DNA of 64,000 nucleotides from an uncultured Candidatus Saccharibacteria bacterium (GTDB lineage: Bacteria > Patescibacteriota > Minisyncoccia > Phycocordibacterales > UBA9973), in assembly GCA_964606285.1 (NCBI GenBank), contig CAZSFP010000001.1, positions 5,376 to 69,375 of the forward strand. The letters are read 5' to 3'. The position numbers were made by a program, and so were the translations under genes. Under the pieces are notes generated by a model. The model saw only the letters and a program-made list of their open reading frames with translations, had not been told where the DNA came from and made no database searches. This document shows, one piece after another, positions 1-8,603 of the stretch (position 1 is its first letter; each line of letters opens with the position of its first letter).

Positions 1-1
1 G

Positions 2-1138
<1,137 letters not shown>

Positions 1139-1254
1139 TTGCTTTTTATTGAAAATGGAGGTATTGTAAAGAAAATTCTTTAGAGAAAACCTGAGAGAAA
1201 GCAATCATGCAAGTATTTTAGAGGAAAAGAAAAGGAGAAATTTCTTAGTAATAC

Positions 1255-1680
1255 AAGCTATGAAGGACGCGATAAGCTGCGATAAGCTGCGGGGATTGGC
1301 ACATACAAATTGATCCGCAGATTTCCGAATGGGGCAACCTGTAACACTGAAAAGTGTGACATCCGAAAGGAAGCTAACCCGAAGAACTGAAACATCTAAG
1401 TACTCGGGAAAATAAGGAATGGCCTGATTTCCAAAGTAGTGGCGAGCGAAATGGAAAAAGCCCAAACCAGACTGTCACGGTTGGTGTCAGTACTGGGGTT
1501 GTAGGACTACAATATAGATTGCTATTTATAGTGGAAGCATCTGGAAAGTTGCGCCATAGAGGGTGATAGACCCGTACACGAAATAAATCTGCTGTCTTAG
1601 TAGTATCCTGAGTACCGTTTGACCATTGAAATCAACGGGAATCTGCCGAGTCCTCTCGGAAGCTAAAATACCTAAAGAAT
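1255..1680 (+). rRNA. 23S rRNA 5'-domain fragment (~425 nt; truncated, likely pseudogene/remnant)
   Basis: Near-identity to universally conserved 23S 5' blocks: GAAGGACGcG..GCGATAAGC, GATTTCCGAATGGGGcAACC, GAACTGAAACATCTAAGTA, AGTAGtGGCGAGCGAAA, GGAAAGttGCGccATAGAGGGTGAtAGaCCCGTACAC. Ends at ~1680; uvrB follows, so the remaining ~2.4 kb of 23S is absent. Confidence 0.75.
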
Positions 1681-1717
1681 TAAATCCGTACGAGTTACGG
1701 ATTTTTTATTTGATTTG
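1681..1717 (+). repeat. 36-nt direct repeat copy 1 (hairpin CCGTAcgagtTACGG + T-run + ATTTGATTT; terminator-like)
   Basis: aaatccgtacgagttacggattttttatttgattt is identical, apart from one extra T, to 2631-2667. Confidence 0.7.
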
Positions 1718-1762
1718 TGTTTTAGGTGACAAAGGAGTACTCTACAGAAAAAGACCTTTTCC

Positions 1763-2428
1763 ATGAAAAATCTAGTGCTAGTATTTCTTTGTATATGGAC
1801 TCATTTATTACAGGCTCAAAACAACCCTCCGTGCCTTGCTGCTGATATTATTATCCTTTCTGATAGATCGTCATCGATGCAAGGATCTGAGGTGTTAGTC
1901 GGGGATGCAATTTCAGTTCTTGTTGAAGGCATCGTTCCAGAAGATATGAGAATCCAGTTCGGTATCGTTTCTTTTGGAGACATTGCGCGAATTGAAATTC
2001 CACTGACATCTGATTATCCGTATCTTTTGTTGTCTGTTGAAGAATATAAAAAGCAAAACGCCACAGGAAGCAAGACAACCATTGTTCCTGGTATTCAAAC
2101 AGCACGAAGCATGTTTGAGGATAGTAAAAATATTGGAGAACATTTGAAAATAATTATTGTTATTTCTGATGGGGAAATCCATGATGACTATGAACTTGGT
2201 GAATTTGTGGATTCTGTTTCAGAAATGGACAATATACTATTTTTTTCTCTTGGTTTTGCTCCTGAGGTAATTCCATTTGATATAAAAAGTCGTATACTTC
2301 GAAATTTATATATAACCTATATGAATATAAATGACAGTTTACTGACTCGTATTTCACATGGTCAATATTTTCAGAACAATACGTTTCGATTGCGTGATAC
2401 AATCCGCAAGCTTGGTGTTTGTCTATAA
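1763..2428 (+). CDS. secreted von Willebrand factor A (vWA) domain protein
   Basis: N-terminal signal-like hydrophobic segment MKNLVLVFLCIWTHLLQA. MIDAS-type motif DIIILSDRSSSM, followed by ..IVISDGE. Confidence 0.65.
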   Translation: MKNLVLVFLCIWTHLLQAQNNPPCLAADIIILSDRSSSMQGSEVLVGDAISVLVEGIVPEDMRIQFGIVSFGDIARIEIPLTSDYPYLLLSVEEYKKQNATGSKTTIVPGIQTARSMFEDSKNIGEHLKIIIVISDGEIHDDYELGEFVDSVSEMDNILFFSLGFAPEVIPFDIKSRILRNLYITYMNINDSLLTRISHGQYFQNNTFRLRDTIRKLGVCL

Positions 2429-2628
2429 ATTTCTTTGAACTCGGAGAACTCGAATACGTAAGTACCCGAAGGAAAATGTAGTATAGGGTGCCAGATATGC
2501 CACTTTGGAACAGTATACTACGTTACATCGAGACAGTGTTTCTTTCAACGTTAATCGGGGAGAAACAGATGAGCTCGTGATTAGTAGCTTCGTAGCAATG
2601 ATCTAGTTAGGGCCTATCCAAAGAAAGA

Positions 2629-2668
2629 AAATCCGTACGAGTTACGGATTTTTTTATTTGATTTTTGC
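2629..2668 (+). repeat. 36-nt direct repeat copy 2 (same hairpin + T-run)
   Basis: aaaatccgtacgagttacggatttttttatttgattt; pairs with 1681-1717 and brackets the vWA gene. Confidence 0.7.
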
Positions 2669-2689
2669 GTGCTACTATGGGCTTTATAT

Positions 2690-4789
2690 ATGTCAAAATC
2701 TGTTTTTACTTTGAAGAGTGATTTCAAGCCGTCCGGCGACCAGCCGGCAGCTATTTCGCAATTGCTCAAAGGCCTTGAGAAAGGGATGAAAAAACAAACA
2801 CTCCTCGGGGCGACGGGTACTGGAAAAACATTTACGATGGCGAATGTCATAGCTCTCCACAACAAGCCGACACTTGTCATTGCTCACAACAAGACGCTCG
2901 CGGCGCAGCTCGCGAGCGAGTTCCGAGAGTTTTTTCCAGATGCGGCAGTGCACTATTTCGTTTCGTATTACGATTATTATCAGCCAGAAGCGTATATGCC
3001 GGTGACAGATACGTATATTGAAAAAGATGCCCAGATCAACAAAGAGATTGATCGACTTCGGCACGCATCGACACAGGCGCTTCTGACCCGCAAAGATGTG
3101 ATCATTGTCGCATCAGTTTCCTGTATCTACGGTCTCGGTTCACCGGAAGAATATGAAAAAGTAAATTTGAAACTTGAAGTTGGTATGTCGATGGATCGGA
3201 CAATGCTCATGAAGCGATTGATCGATATTCATTTTGAGCGCACAAATGCAGATTTGTCACCGGGGCAATTTCGCTCGATTGGTTCTCGTGTGGAATTTAT
3301 GCCCGTGTCTGAAACCATCATGTACGGTATCGATATAACTGCGGGAAAAATTTCAACAATTACAAAAATCGACCCAATTTCATCTCAAAACATCAAAGAC
3401 GAAACCAGTATTTTTATCTTTCCAGCAAAACATTTCATCACCGAAGATTCCAAAAAGAAACGAGCTATTGCTGCTATCAAAAAAGAACTTGATGCACAAT
3501 TAAAGAAATTTGAAAAAGAAGGAAAACTACTCGAAGCGGAACGTATCAAGCGTCGGACAACGTATGATCTCGCCATGATCAAGGAGATCGGCTACTGCAA
3601 TGGCATTGAAAACTACTCCCGCCACCTGTCTGGTAAAAACGAAGGAGAACCACCAGAAACATTGTTATCATATTTCAAAGGGAATTTTCTGACGATCATC
3701 GATGAGTCACATGTAACGTTGCCACAGCTTGGCGGTATGTATGCTGGTGATGCATCGCGCAAACAAACGCTTGTTGAATATGGATTTCGTTTACCATCAG
3801 CAAAGGACAACCGTCCGCTCAAATATGCAGAATTTGAAGAACGTATCGGACAGGTGATCTACACGAGCGCGACGCCAAGTAGTGTTGAACGAGAGACAAG
3901 TGATCAGATCGTGGAACAAATCATTCGTCCAACAGGACTGCTTGATCCTGAATTGATCGTTCGACCAGTGGTAGAAAAAGGTGGATACCCAGGTCAAATT
4001 CAAGATTTCATCAAAGAAACAGAATTGACGATCAAGCGAGGATTTCGTGTCCTTGCGACAACACTGACAAAAAAAATGGCAGAAGATTTGTCTATATATC
4101 TAAAAAACCTGCCTGCCGGCAGGCAGGTTAAGGCTGAATATTTGCACAGTGATATCAAAACGATTGATCGTATTCAGATTCTGACTCAATTCCGCCGTGG
4201 AGAATTTGATGTACTTGTCGGAGTGAACTTGCTCCGTGAGGGACTCGATCTCCCAGAGGTTGCACTGATCGGCATTCTCGATGCTGACAAAGAAGGATTT
4301 CTTCGATCTGATACGTCGCTCATTCAGACGATTGGCCGTGCCGCCCGCAATGCCGAAGGACGGGTCATTCTCTATGCCGATGTTATGACTGGATCGCTCG
4401 AGCGTGCTATCGCAGAGACCAATCGTCGTCGAGATGTGCAGATCGCCTATAACAAAGAGCATGGCATCACCCCAAAAACGATTTTGAAAAATATCAAAGA
4501 CATCACCGAAGAAATGGAAAGCAAGCACGGCAAGGCAGTGAATGTAGAGCTGTCGCTCGACCTCGAAGTGTTCAAAAAAGCATATGCCAAAGAATTGAAA
4601 AAAGACAGTCGGCCAAAAAAACTTGGCGTTGTGGCACTTTCTGATGAAGAACGAGAAAGTCTGGTCTATGAAAAAATAATCAAGATCAAAGAAAAAGAAA
4701 TGAACAAAGCGGTCAAAGAACTTGATTTCGAAACTGCAGCAATCTTGCGTGATGAAATTGTGATTCTTAAACAAAAAATTGAGAAGTAG
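2690..4789 (+). CDS. uvrB: excinuclease ABC subunit B
   Basis: MSKSVFTLKSDFKPSGDQPAAI..GATGTGKTFT, helicase motifs, C-terminal UvrB/UvrC interaction region. The ATG at 2690 aligns with the E. coli UvrB N-terminus; the ORF track extends to a GTG at 2669. Confidence 0.95.
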   Translation: MSKSVFTLKSDFKPSGDQPAAISQLLKGLEKGMKKQTLLGATGTGKTFTMANVIALHNKPTLVIAHNKTLAAQLASEFREFFPDAAVHYFVSYYDYYQPEAYMPVTDTYIEKDAQINKEIDRLRHASTQALLTRKDVIIVASVSCIYGLGSPEEYEKVNLKLEVGMSMDRTMLMKRLIDIHFERTNADLSPGQFRSIGSRVEFMPVSETIMYGIDITAGKISTITKIDPISSQNIKDETSIFIFPAKHFITEDSKKKRAIAAIKKELDAQLKKFEKEGKLLEAERIKRRTTYDLAMIKEIGYCNGIENYSRHLSGKNEGEPPETLLSYFKGNFLTIIDESHVTLPQLGGMYAGDASRKQTLVEYGFRLPSAKDNRPLKYAEFEERIGQVIYTSATPSSVERETSDQIVEQIIRPTGLLDPELIVRPVVEKGGYPGQIQDFIKETELTIKRGFRVLATTLTKKMAEDLSIYLKNLPAGRQVKAEYLHSDIKTIDRIQILTQFRRGEFDVLVGVNLLREGLDLPEVALIGILDADKEGFLRSDTSLIQTIGRAARNAEGRVILYADVMTGSLERAIAETNRRRDVQIAYNKEHGITPKTILKNIKDITEEMESKHGKAVNVELSLDLEVFKKAYAKELKKDSRPKKLGVVALSDEERESLVYEKIIKIKEKEMNKAVKELDFETAAILRDEIVILKQKIEK
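4108..4127 (+). repeat. 20-bp perfect palindrome CCTGCCTGCCGGCAGGCAGG inserted in-frame in uvrB (encodes ..NLPAGRQV..)
   Basis: Direct reading: exact reverse-complement symmetry. A second, slightly imperfect copy is at 5057-5078. Confidence 0.8.
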
Positions 4790-4867
4790 AATACATTGAG
4801 TTTTGTAAAAAATATGATAAAATCCCTTGAGGAAATTAGCTCTCTTTAAATCAATTTATGTTTCTGT

Positions 4868-4940
4868 CCGCCTATAGCTCAGCTGGTAGAGCAGATCCCT
4901 CTTAAGGATAAGGTCCCAGGTTCGATCCCTGGTGGGCGGA
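4868..4940 (+). tRNA. tRNA-Lys (anticodon CTT)
   Basis: Cloverleaf by eye: acceptor CCGCCTA/TGGGCGG, D-arm GCTC-AGCTGGTA-GAGC, anticodon loop CTCTTAA, T-arm CCAGG-TTCGATC-CCTGG. Confidence 0.85.
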
Positions 4941-4965
4941 CAGAGTCATAAATTCATTTAGATAA

Positions 4966-5014
4966 GAGCAGATCCTCGGGGAGGACAAGCAGGTTCGATC
5001 CCTGGTGGGCGGAC
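4966..5014 (+). other. partial duplicate of the tRNA-Lys 3' portion (D-stem 3' strand to acceptor 3' end; scrambled anticodon region)
   Basis: gagcagatcc...caggttcgatccctggtgggcggaca repeats 4888-4942 except for ~20 nt in the anticodon region. No matching 5' acceptor strand, so not a functional tRNA. Confidence 0.7.
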
Positions 5015-5034
5015 ACAGAGATGAATTGTCAAAA

Positions 5035-5063
5035 GCTCGGGTGGCGTAATTGGTAGCCCTGCC
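5035..5063 (+). other. tRNA-Leu-like 5' fragment (acceptor + D-arm only)
   Basis: gctcgggtggcgtaattggtagcc resembles the 5' ends of tRNA-Leu genes at 5338 (gccggggtggcgaaattggtaga) and 19628 (gccggagtggcgtaatggtagcc). No anticodon or T-arm follows. Confidence 0.55.
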
Positions 5064-5078
5064 TTTGCCGGCAGGCAG
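5057..5078 (+). repeat. palindrome copy 2 (CCTGCCTttGCCGGCAGGCAGG)
   Basis: Same palindrome as 4108-4127 with a 2-nt insertion; immediately follows the tRNA-Leu-like fragment. Confidence 0.7.
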
Positions 5079-5100
5079 GCGCGTTAGTTCAATTATTCAA

Positions 5101-5334
5101 ATGTACACAGTTTATGCAATAAAAAGTATAAATAAACATTATATTTATGTTGGAATGACGAATGATATTATTCGAAGATATAATGAACATAATACTGGAC
5201 GAGAAAAGACAACTCGACCTTATGCTCCATTTGTACTATTATACACAGAGCAATGTTCAGATAGATTAAAAGCACGAGTTCGTGAAAAGTATTTAAAATC
5301 TGGAGTTGGTAAGGAATTTTTGAAATCAATATGA
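5101..5334 (+). CDS. small GIY-YIG nuclease superfamily protein
   Basis: MYTVYAIKSINKHYIYVGMTNDIIRRYNEHN: GIY..YIG..R..EH core; ~77 aa. The ORF-track start at 5050 is an upstream extension through the palindrome. Confidence 0.8.
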   Translation: MYTVYAIKSINKHYIYVGMTNDIIRRYNEHNTGREKTTRPYAPFVLLYTEQCSDRLKARVREKYLKSGVGKEFLKSI

Positions 5335-5337
5335 TAT

Positions 5338-5419
5338 GCCGGGGTGGCGAAATTGGTAGACGCACTGCTCTTAGGAAGCAGCGAGGTAACTCATGGAGGT
5401 TCAAGTCCTCTCCCCGGCA
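5338..5419 (+). tRNA. tRNA-Leu (anticodon TAG)
   Basis: Acceptor GCCGGGG/CCCCGGC, anticodon stem CTGCT/AGCAG with loop CTTAGGA, long variable arm, T-arm GGAGG-TTCAAGT-CCTCT. Confidence 0.88.
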
Positions 5420-5423
5420 CTGT

Positions 5424-5975
5424 ATGAAAACTGTCATTTTTGCCGGAGGATGCTTTTGGTGTATTGAACACGATTTGCGATCACTTGCAGGTGTGGCGTC
5501 TGTTGTGTCTGGATATACTGGTGGTACGATTGCGAATCCGACCTATGAGCAAGTCATCTATGAAGATTCGGGTCACCGGGAAGCAGTAGAGGTGACATAC
5601 GACGAAACAAAAATTTCTTTCAAGAAACTGTGCCAGTTTTTTCTTGATCACATCGATCCAACGGATGCCGGCGGACAATTTGCTGATCGGGGAGAGAATT
5701 ACAGAACGGCAATCTATTTTCAAAATCAGGAAGAAGAAACCACTGCTCGAGCACTTCTTGTTGAATTGGCAGAATCAAAAGTATATGATGAAAAACCGAT
5801 TGTTGTCGATGTGTTGCCGACACAACCATTCTATTCTGCAGAAGAATATCATCAAGATTATGCATCAAAAAATCCCGTCCACTATGGTATGTATCGCGTT
5901 GGTTCCGGCCGTGAAGGATTTGTGAACGGTGTATGCCAGATCAGAGAAGAAAAGAAGATTAACTGGAAAGAATAA
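5424..5975 (+). CDS. msrA: peptide methionine sulfoxide reductase A
   Basis: MKTVIFAGGCFWCIEHDLRSL..GYTGG..NPTYEQV: MsrA GCFWC active site. The ATG is 5 nt after the tRNA-Leu; the ORF-track N-terminal extension overlaps the tRNA. Confidence 0.92.
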   Translation: MKTVIFAGGCFWCIEHDLRSLAGVASVVSGYTGGTIANPTYEQVIYEDSGHREAVEVTYDETKISFKKLCQFFLDHIDPTDAGGQFADRGENYRTAIYFQNQEEETTARALLVELAESKVYDEKPIVVDVLPTQPFYSAEEYHQDYASKNPVHYGMYRVGSGREGFVNGVCQIREEKKINWKE

Positions 5976-6021
5976 TATAAAAAACGAGAATGAAATTCAT
6001 TCTCGTTTTTTATATTGTGTG

Positions 6022-6104
6022 TGCCTGAGGTGGGGATCGAACCCACATCTCTTTGCAGAGACAACATTTTAAGTGTTGCGTGTATACCATTCCACCACTC
6101 AGGC
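6022..6104 (-). tRNA. tRNA-Leu (anticodon TAA)
   Basis: Reverse complement: GCCTGAGTGGTGGAATGGTATACAC..CAACA-CTTAAAA-TGTTG..long variable arm..GGGTTCGATCCCCACCTCAGGCA. Confidence 0.88.
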
Positions 6105-6186
6105 ATTAATAATTTTTTAAATTATCTGAGGCGTGGGCGGTAACCCTCCTTCGCTAAAGCTACGGAAGGGCACGTCGAACCTCTTG

Positions 6187-6258
6187 AGACCTAGGGCGGA
6201 ATCGAACCGCCGTGTGAGAGTTTTGCAGACTCTTGTCTTACCACTTGACGACTAGGTC
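6187..6258 (-). tRNA. tRNA-Cys (anticodon GCA)
   Basis: Reverse complement: GACCTAG..3-bp D stem..AGAGT-CTGCAAA-ACTCT..GGCGGTTCGATTCCGCC..CTAGGTC with U73 discriminator. Confidence 0.85.
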
Positions 6259-6296
6259 ATATTTTAACTATAGACTAAAGACCCCAAACCAGCAAC

Positions 6297-6620
6297 TTAT
6301 CCCTGTCGTAAGATATCATCCATCCGTCTTCGAGCTTTCTCACCGATATCGATCTCAGTTTCCAAGAAGGGAATATTGTAGGTATTTAAATTGTCTTTGA
6401 CATATTGACGAAGTGGTGCACGCATTCGTTTGCAAAACGACAACGCTTCTTTTTCTTTTTCTTCCGGGAGAACACTGATCAAGATTGTCGCGTATTTTTC
6501 ATCTTCTGACACAGTACAACCAGTGACCGTGATCATTGCGGTCTTGTTGCTTTCGTTCGCCAAAAACGTCGCTGCTAGGGCTCGTACTCGTTCTGCCAAT
6601 TTTTCTCCGCGTTGTGTCAT
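6297..6620 (-). CDS. rbfA: ribosome-binding factor A
   Basis: ~107 aa, immediately downstream of infB in conserved order; KH-like RbfA signature ..VTVTGCTVSED..ATILISV. Confidence 0.85.
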   Translation of the reverse strand: MTQRGEKLAERVRALAATFLANESNKTAMITVTGCTVSEDEKYATILISVLPEEKEKEALSFCKRMRAPLRQYVKDNLNTYNIPFLETEIDIGEKARRRMDDILRQG

Positions 6621-6623
6621 ATA

Positions 6624-8123
6624 TTATTTAGTAACTAAGGTAAATGCTTCGATGGTGTCACCGATAGCGATATCGACCTTGGTTTCGATCATGAGACCAC
6701 ATTCTTGCTCAGCCTCAACTTGTTTTGCACGAATTTTGCCGTGTTGGAGCTCGATGATCTTGCCAGTACCGATTTCGAAATCACGGCGAAGAATCCGAAC
6801 TTTTGCGTCACCAGTGAGAAGTCCTGACGTTACACGGCCACCGACAACGATACGTTCTTTTGTTCGGTTGAAAATGCGCATGATTTTGAGGACACCAGAA
6901 ACTTCAACAGTAGTTTCGCGGGGGCGACGTTCTTCTGCGATAATTTTGAGCCAATCGATCAATTTGTAAATAATCGTAAATGTTTCAACAGTCGCATGTG
7001 CATGTTCGTTTGCATCACGGGCTTTTGTGTCCATGCTGACATTGAATCCAACGATCAATGTTTCCGGATCGGCTGCAGCGCTTTTGATATCATTTTCTGT
7101 GATGGATCCGACACCGAGGGTGATGACTTTGAATGCGAGTGTTTCAGTTTCCAGTGCCGCGAGTTCTTTGAGAATGGCATCACCGGTTCCTGAAACATCT
7201 GTTTTGATAACGATCGGGACGATTTTCATACCTGGTTTGAAAACTTGCTGTACTTTTTGTCCGTTAGATTGTTGTTTTTGTTCAGTTGCATAGTCTTCAG
7301 CATCACGTTTCTTTTCAAATGCAATCGCCGTGCTACCGGCCGCTGGAAGACTATCAAAACCGGTGATGCGGATCGGAGAAGAGAATGTCGCTTCTTTGAT
7401 CGATTTACCCATGAAGTCTTCGATGAGACGAGTACTTGCGATTGCAGTACCAGCAACAATACTCATACCAGTTTTAAGTGTGCCGTTTTTTATCACGATA
7501 GTTGCAGAGATGCCACGCTTTTGGTCCAAGTGCGATTCGATGACATATCCTTCTGCTGGAATCGCAGGATTTGCAGTAAAATTTTCAAGTTCGGCAACGA
7601 GAAGAATCGTTGAAAGCAGGTTGGGAACACCGGCGCCTGATTTTGCAGAAACTTCGCAGACTGGAATTTGTCCGCCATATCCTTCGATGTAGACGCCATT
7701 TTCTGCGAGTTCCATTTTGACTCGCTCGATGTTTGCACCCGGCTTGTCGATCTTGTTGATGACGACGATTGCTGGTGTTTTTGATTTTTCAATTGTGCCC
7801 CAAGCTTCTTTGGTTTGGGTTTTGACGCCATCTTCTGCAGAGACGATGAGAAGGGCGATATCGGCGACATGTGCACCACGTTCTCGCATATGAGAAAATG
7901 CTTCGTGCCCCGGAGTATCGAGAAATGTAATTTTCTTTGGTACACCCGCTTCATTCGTATGCACGACTTCATATGCACTCAAGTGCTGGGTGATGCCGCC
8001 TGCTTCGCCGGCAACGATGTTGGAACTACGAATAAAATCAAGTAGTGTTGATTTTCCGTGGTCGATATGGCCCATGATCGCGACGATCGGCGGACGTTCA
8101 GCTGGTGTGTTATTTTTTTGCAT
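6624..8123 (-). CDS. infB: translation initiation factor IF-2 (short form without the long N-terminal region)
   Basis: G-domain IVAIMGHIDHGKSTLLD, DTPGHEAF, NKID. The C-terminal beta-barrel domains follow. Confidence 0.92.
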   Translation of the reverse strand: MQKNNTPAERPPIVAIMGHIDHGKSTLLDFIRSSNIVAGEAGGITQHLSAYEVVHTNEAGVPKKITFLDTPGHEAFSHMRERGAHVADIALLIVSAEDGVKTQTKEAWGTIEKSKTPAIVVINKIDKPGANIERVKMELAENGVYIEGYGGQIPVCEVSAKSGAGVPNLLSTILLVAELENFTANPAIPAEGYVIESHLDQKRGISATIVIKNGTLKTGMSIVAGTAIASTRLIEDFMGKSIKEATFSSPIRITGFDSLPAAGSTAIAFEKKRDAEDYATEQKQQSNGQKVQQVFKPGMKIVPIVIKTDVSGTGDAILKELAALETETLAFKVITLGVGSITENDIKSAAADPETLIVGFNVSMDTKARDANEHAHATVETFTIIYKLIDWLKIIAEERRPRETTVEVSGVLKIMRIFNRTKERIVVGGRVTSGLLTGDAKVRILRRDFEIGTGKIIELQHGKIRAKQVEAEQECGLMIETKVDIAIGDTIEAFTLVTK

Positions 8124-8562
8124 TGATGACTTCTTTTTCTTCGTCTGTTAAATCGTAGGTTGAGGTGTACGCAGTGATCGGTTTTGCAAAGACACTCGTT
8201 TTTTCTCGTGAGTACAAACTCGAGATGATGATGCCGGTACCATTCTCATTGAGAAGGGCGATCGCAAAGCTTTGATTGCCGCCGGTATCGGAGAATGCAT
8301 TGAACCGGATGGCTCGGGCATCCATGACTGCGTGTTTGACACGTGCGTCAATATCCGTAATATGACCATGCATGACATCTGATCTTTTGTCCAGACGTTC
8401 GACATAGGCGATTATTTGTTCGAGCATTTCTTCGAGATCATGACCCTTTTTCCCCGCCCAGAATTTTTTCAATCGGCGTCGTGCGACGAATTGGAGTGCA
8501 AGGCAGACCAATGAGATGACGAGCGCACCGAAACTTATGTATACTGGAAGTGATGTACTCAT
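8110..8562 (-). CDS. hypothetical membrane-anchored protein (N-terminal TM helix)
   Basis: ORF only; hydrophobic N-terminus VYISFGALVISLVCLALQFV. Directly upstream of infB on the same strand. Confidence 0.5.
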   Translation of the reverse strand: MSTSLPVYISFGALVISLVCLALQFVARRRLKKFWAGKKGHDLEEMLEQIIAYVERLDKRSDVMHGHITDIDARVKHAVMDARAIRFNAFSDTGGNQSFAIALLNENGTGIIISSLYSREKTSVFAKPITAYTSTYDLTDEEKEVINAKK

Positions 8563-8603
8563 ACCAAGCGAGAATTATATAACAGATAGCCTTATTTTGC
8601 AAT

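Noticed and set aside
1205-1465. 86-aa minus-strand ORF
   Set aside because: Overlaps the 23S rRNA fragment; an rRNA-embedded spurious ORF.
2430-2630. Possible continuation of the rRNA (5S-like or 23S-like) in the non-coding stretch after the vWA gene
   Set aside because: Only weak resemblances (gaactcggagaactcgaatacg vs 5S GAACTCAGAAGTGAAACG; agtacccgaaggaaa vs 23S AGTACCGTGAGGGAAA). There is no extended collinear match to 5S or 23S by eye; left unannotated.
4100-4774. 224-aa minus-strand ORF inside uvrB, and similar embedded ORFs in infB, clpB, valS, leuS, murJ, dnaB, alaS
   Set aside because: Antisense to high-confidence conserved genes; low-complexity translations. Note that the 4100-4774 ORF terminates in the uvrB palindrome, which encodes LPAGRQV on both strands.
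6110-6186. Extra tRNA-like sequence adjacent to tRNA-Cys
   Set aside because: Contains GGTTCGAC-like and hairpin elements but no consistent acceptor/anticodon cloverleaf in either orientation; probably a spacer or processing structure.
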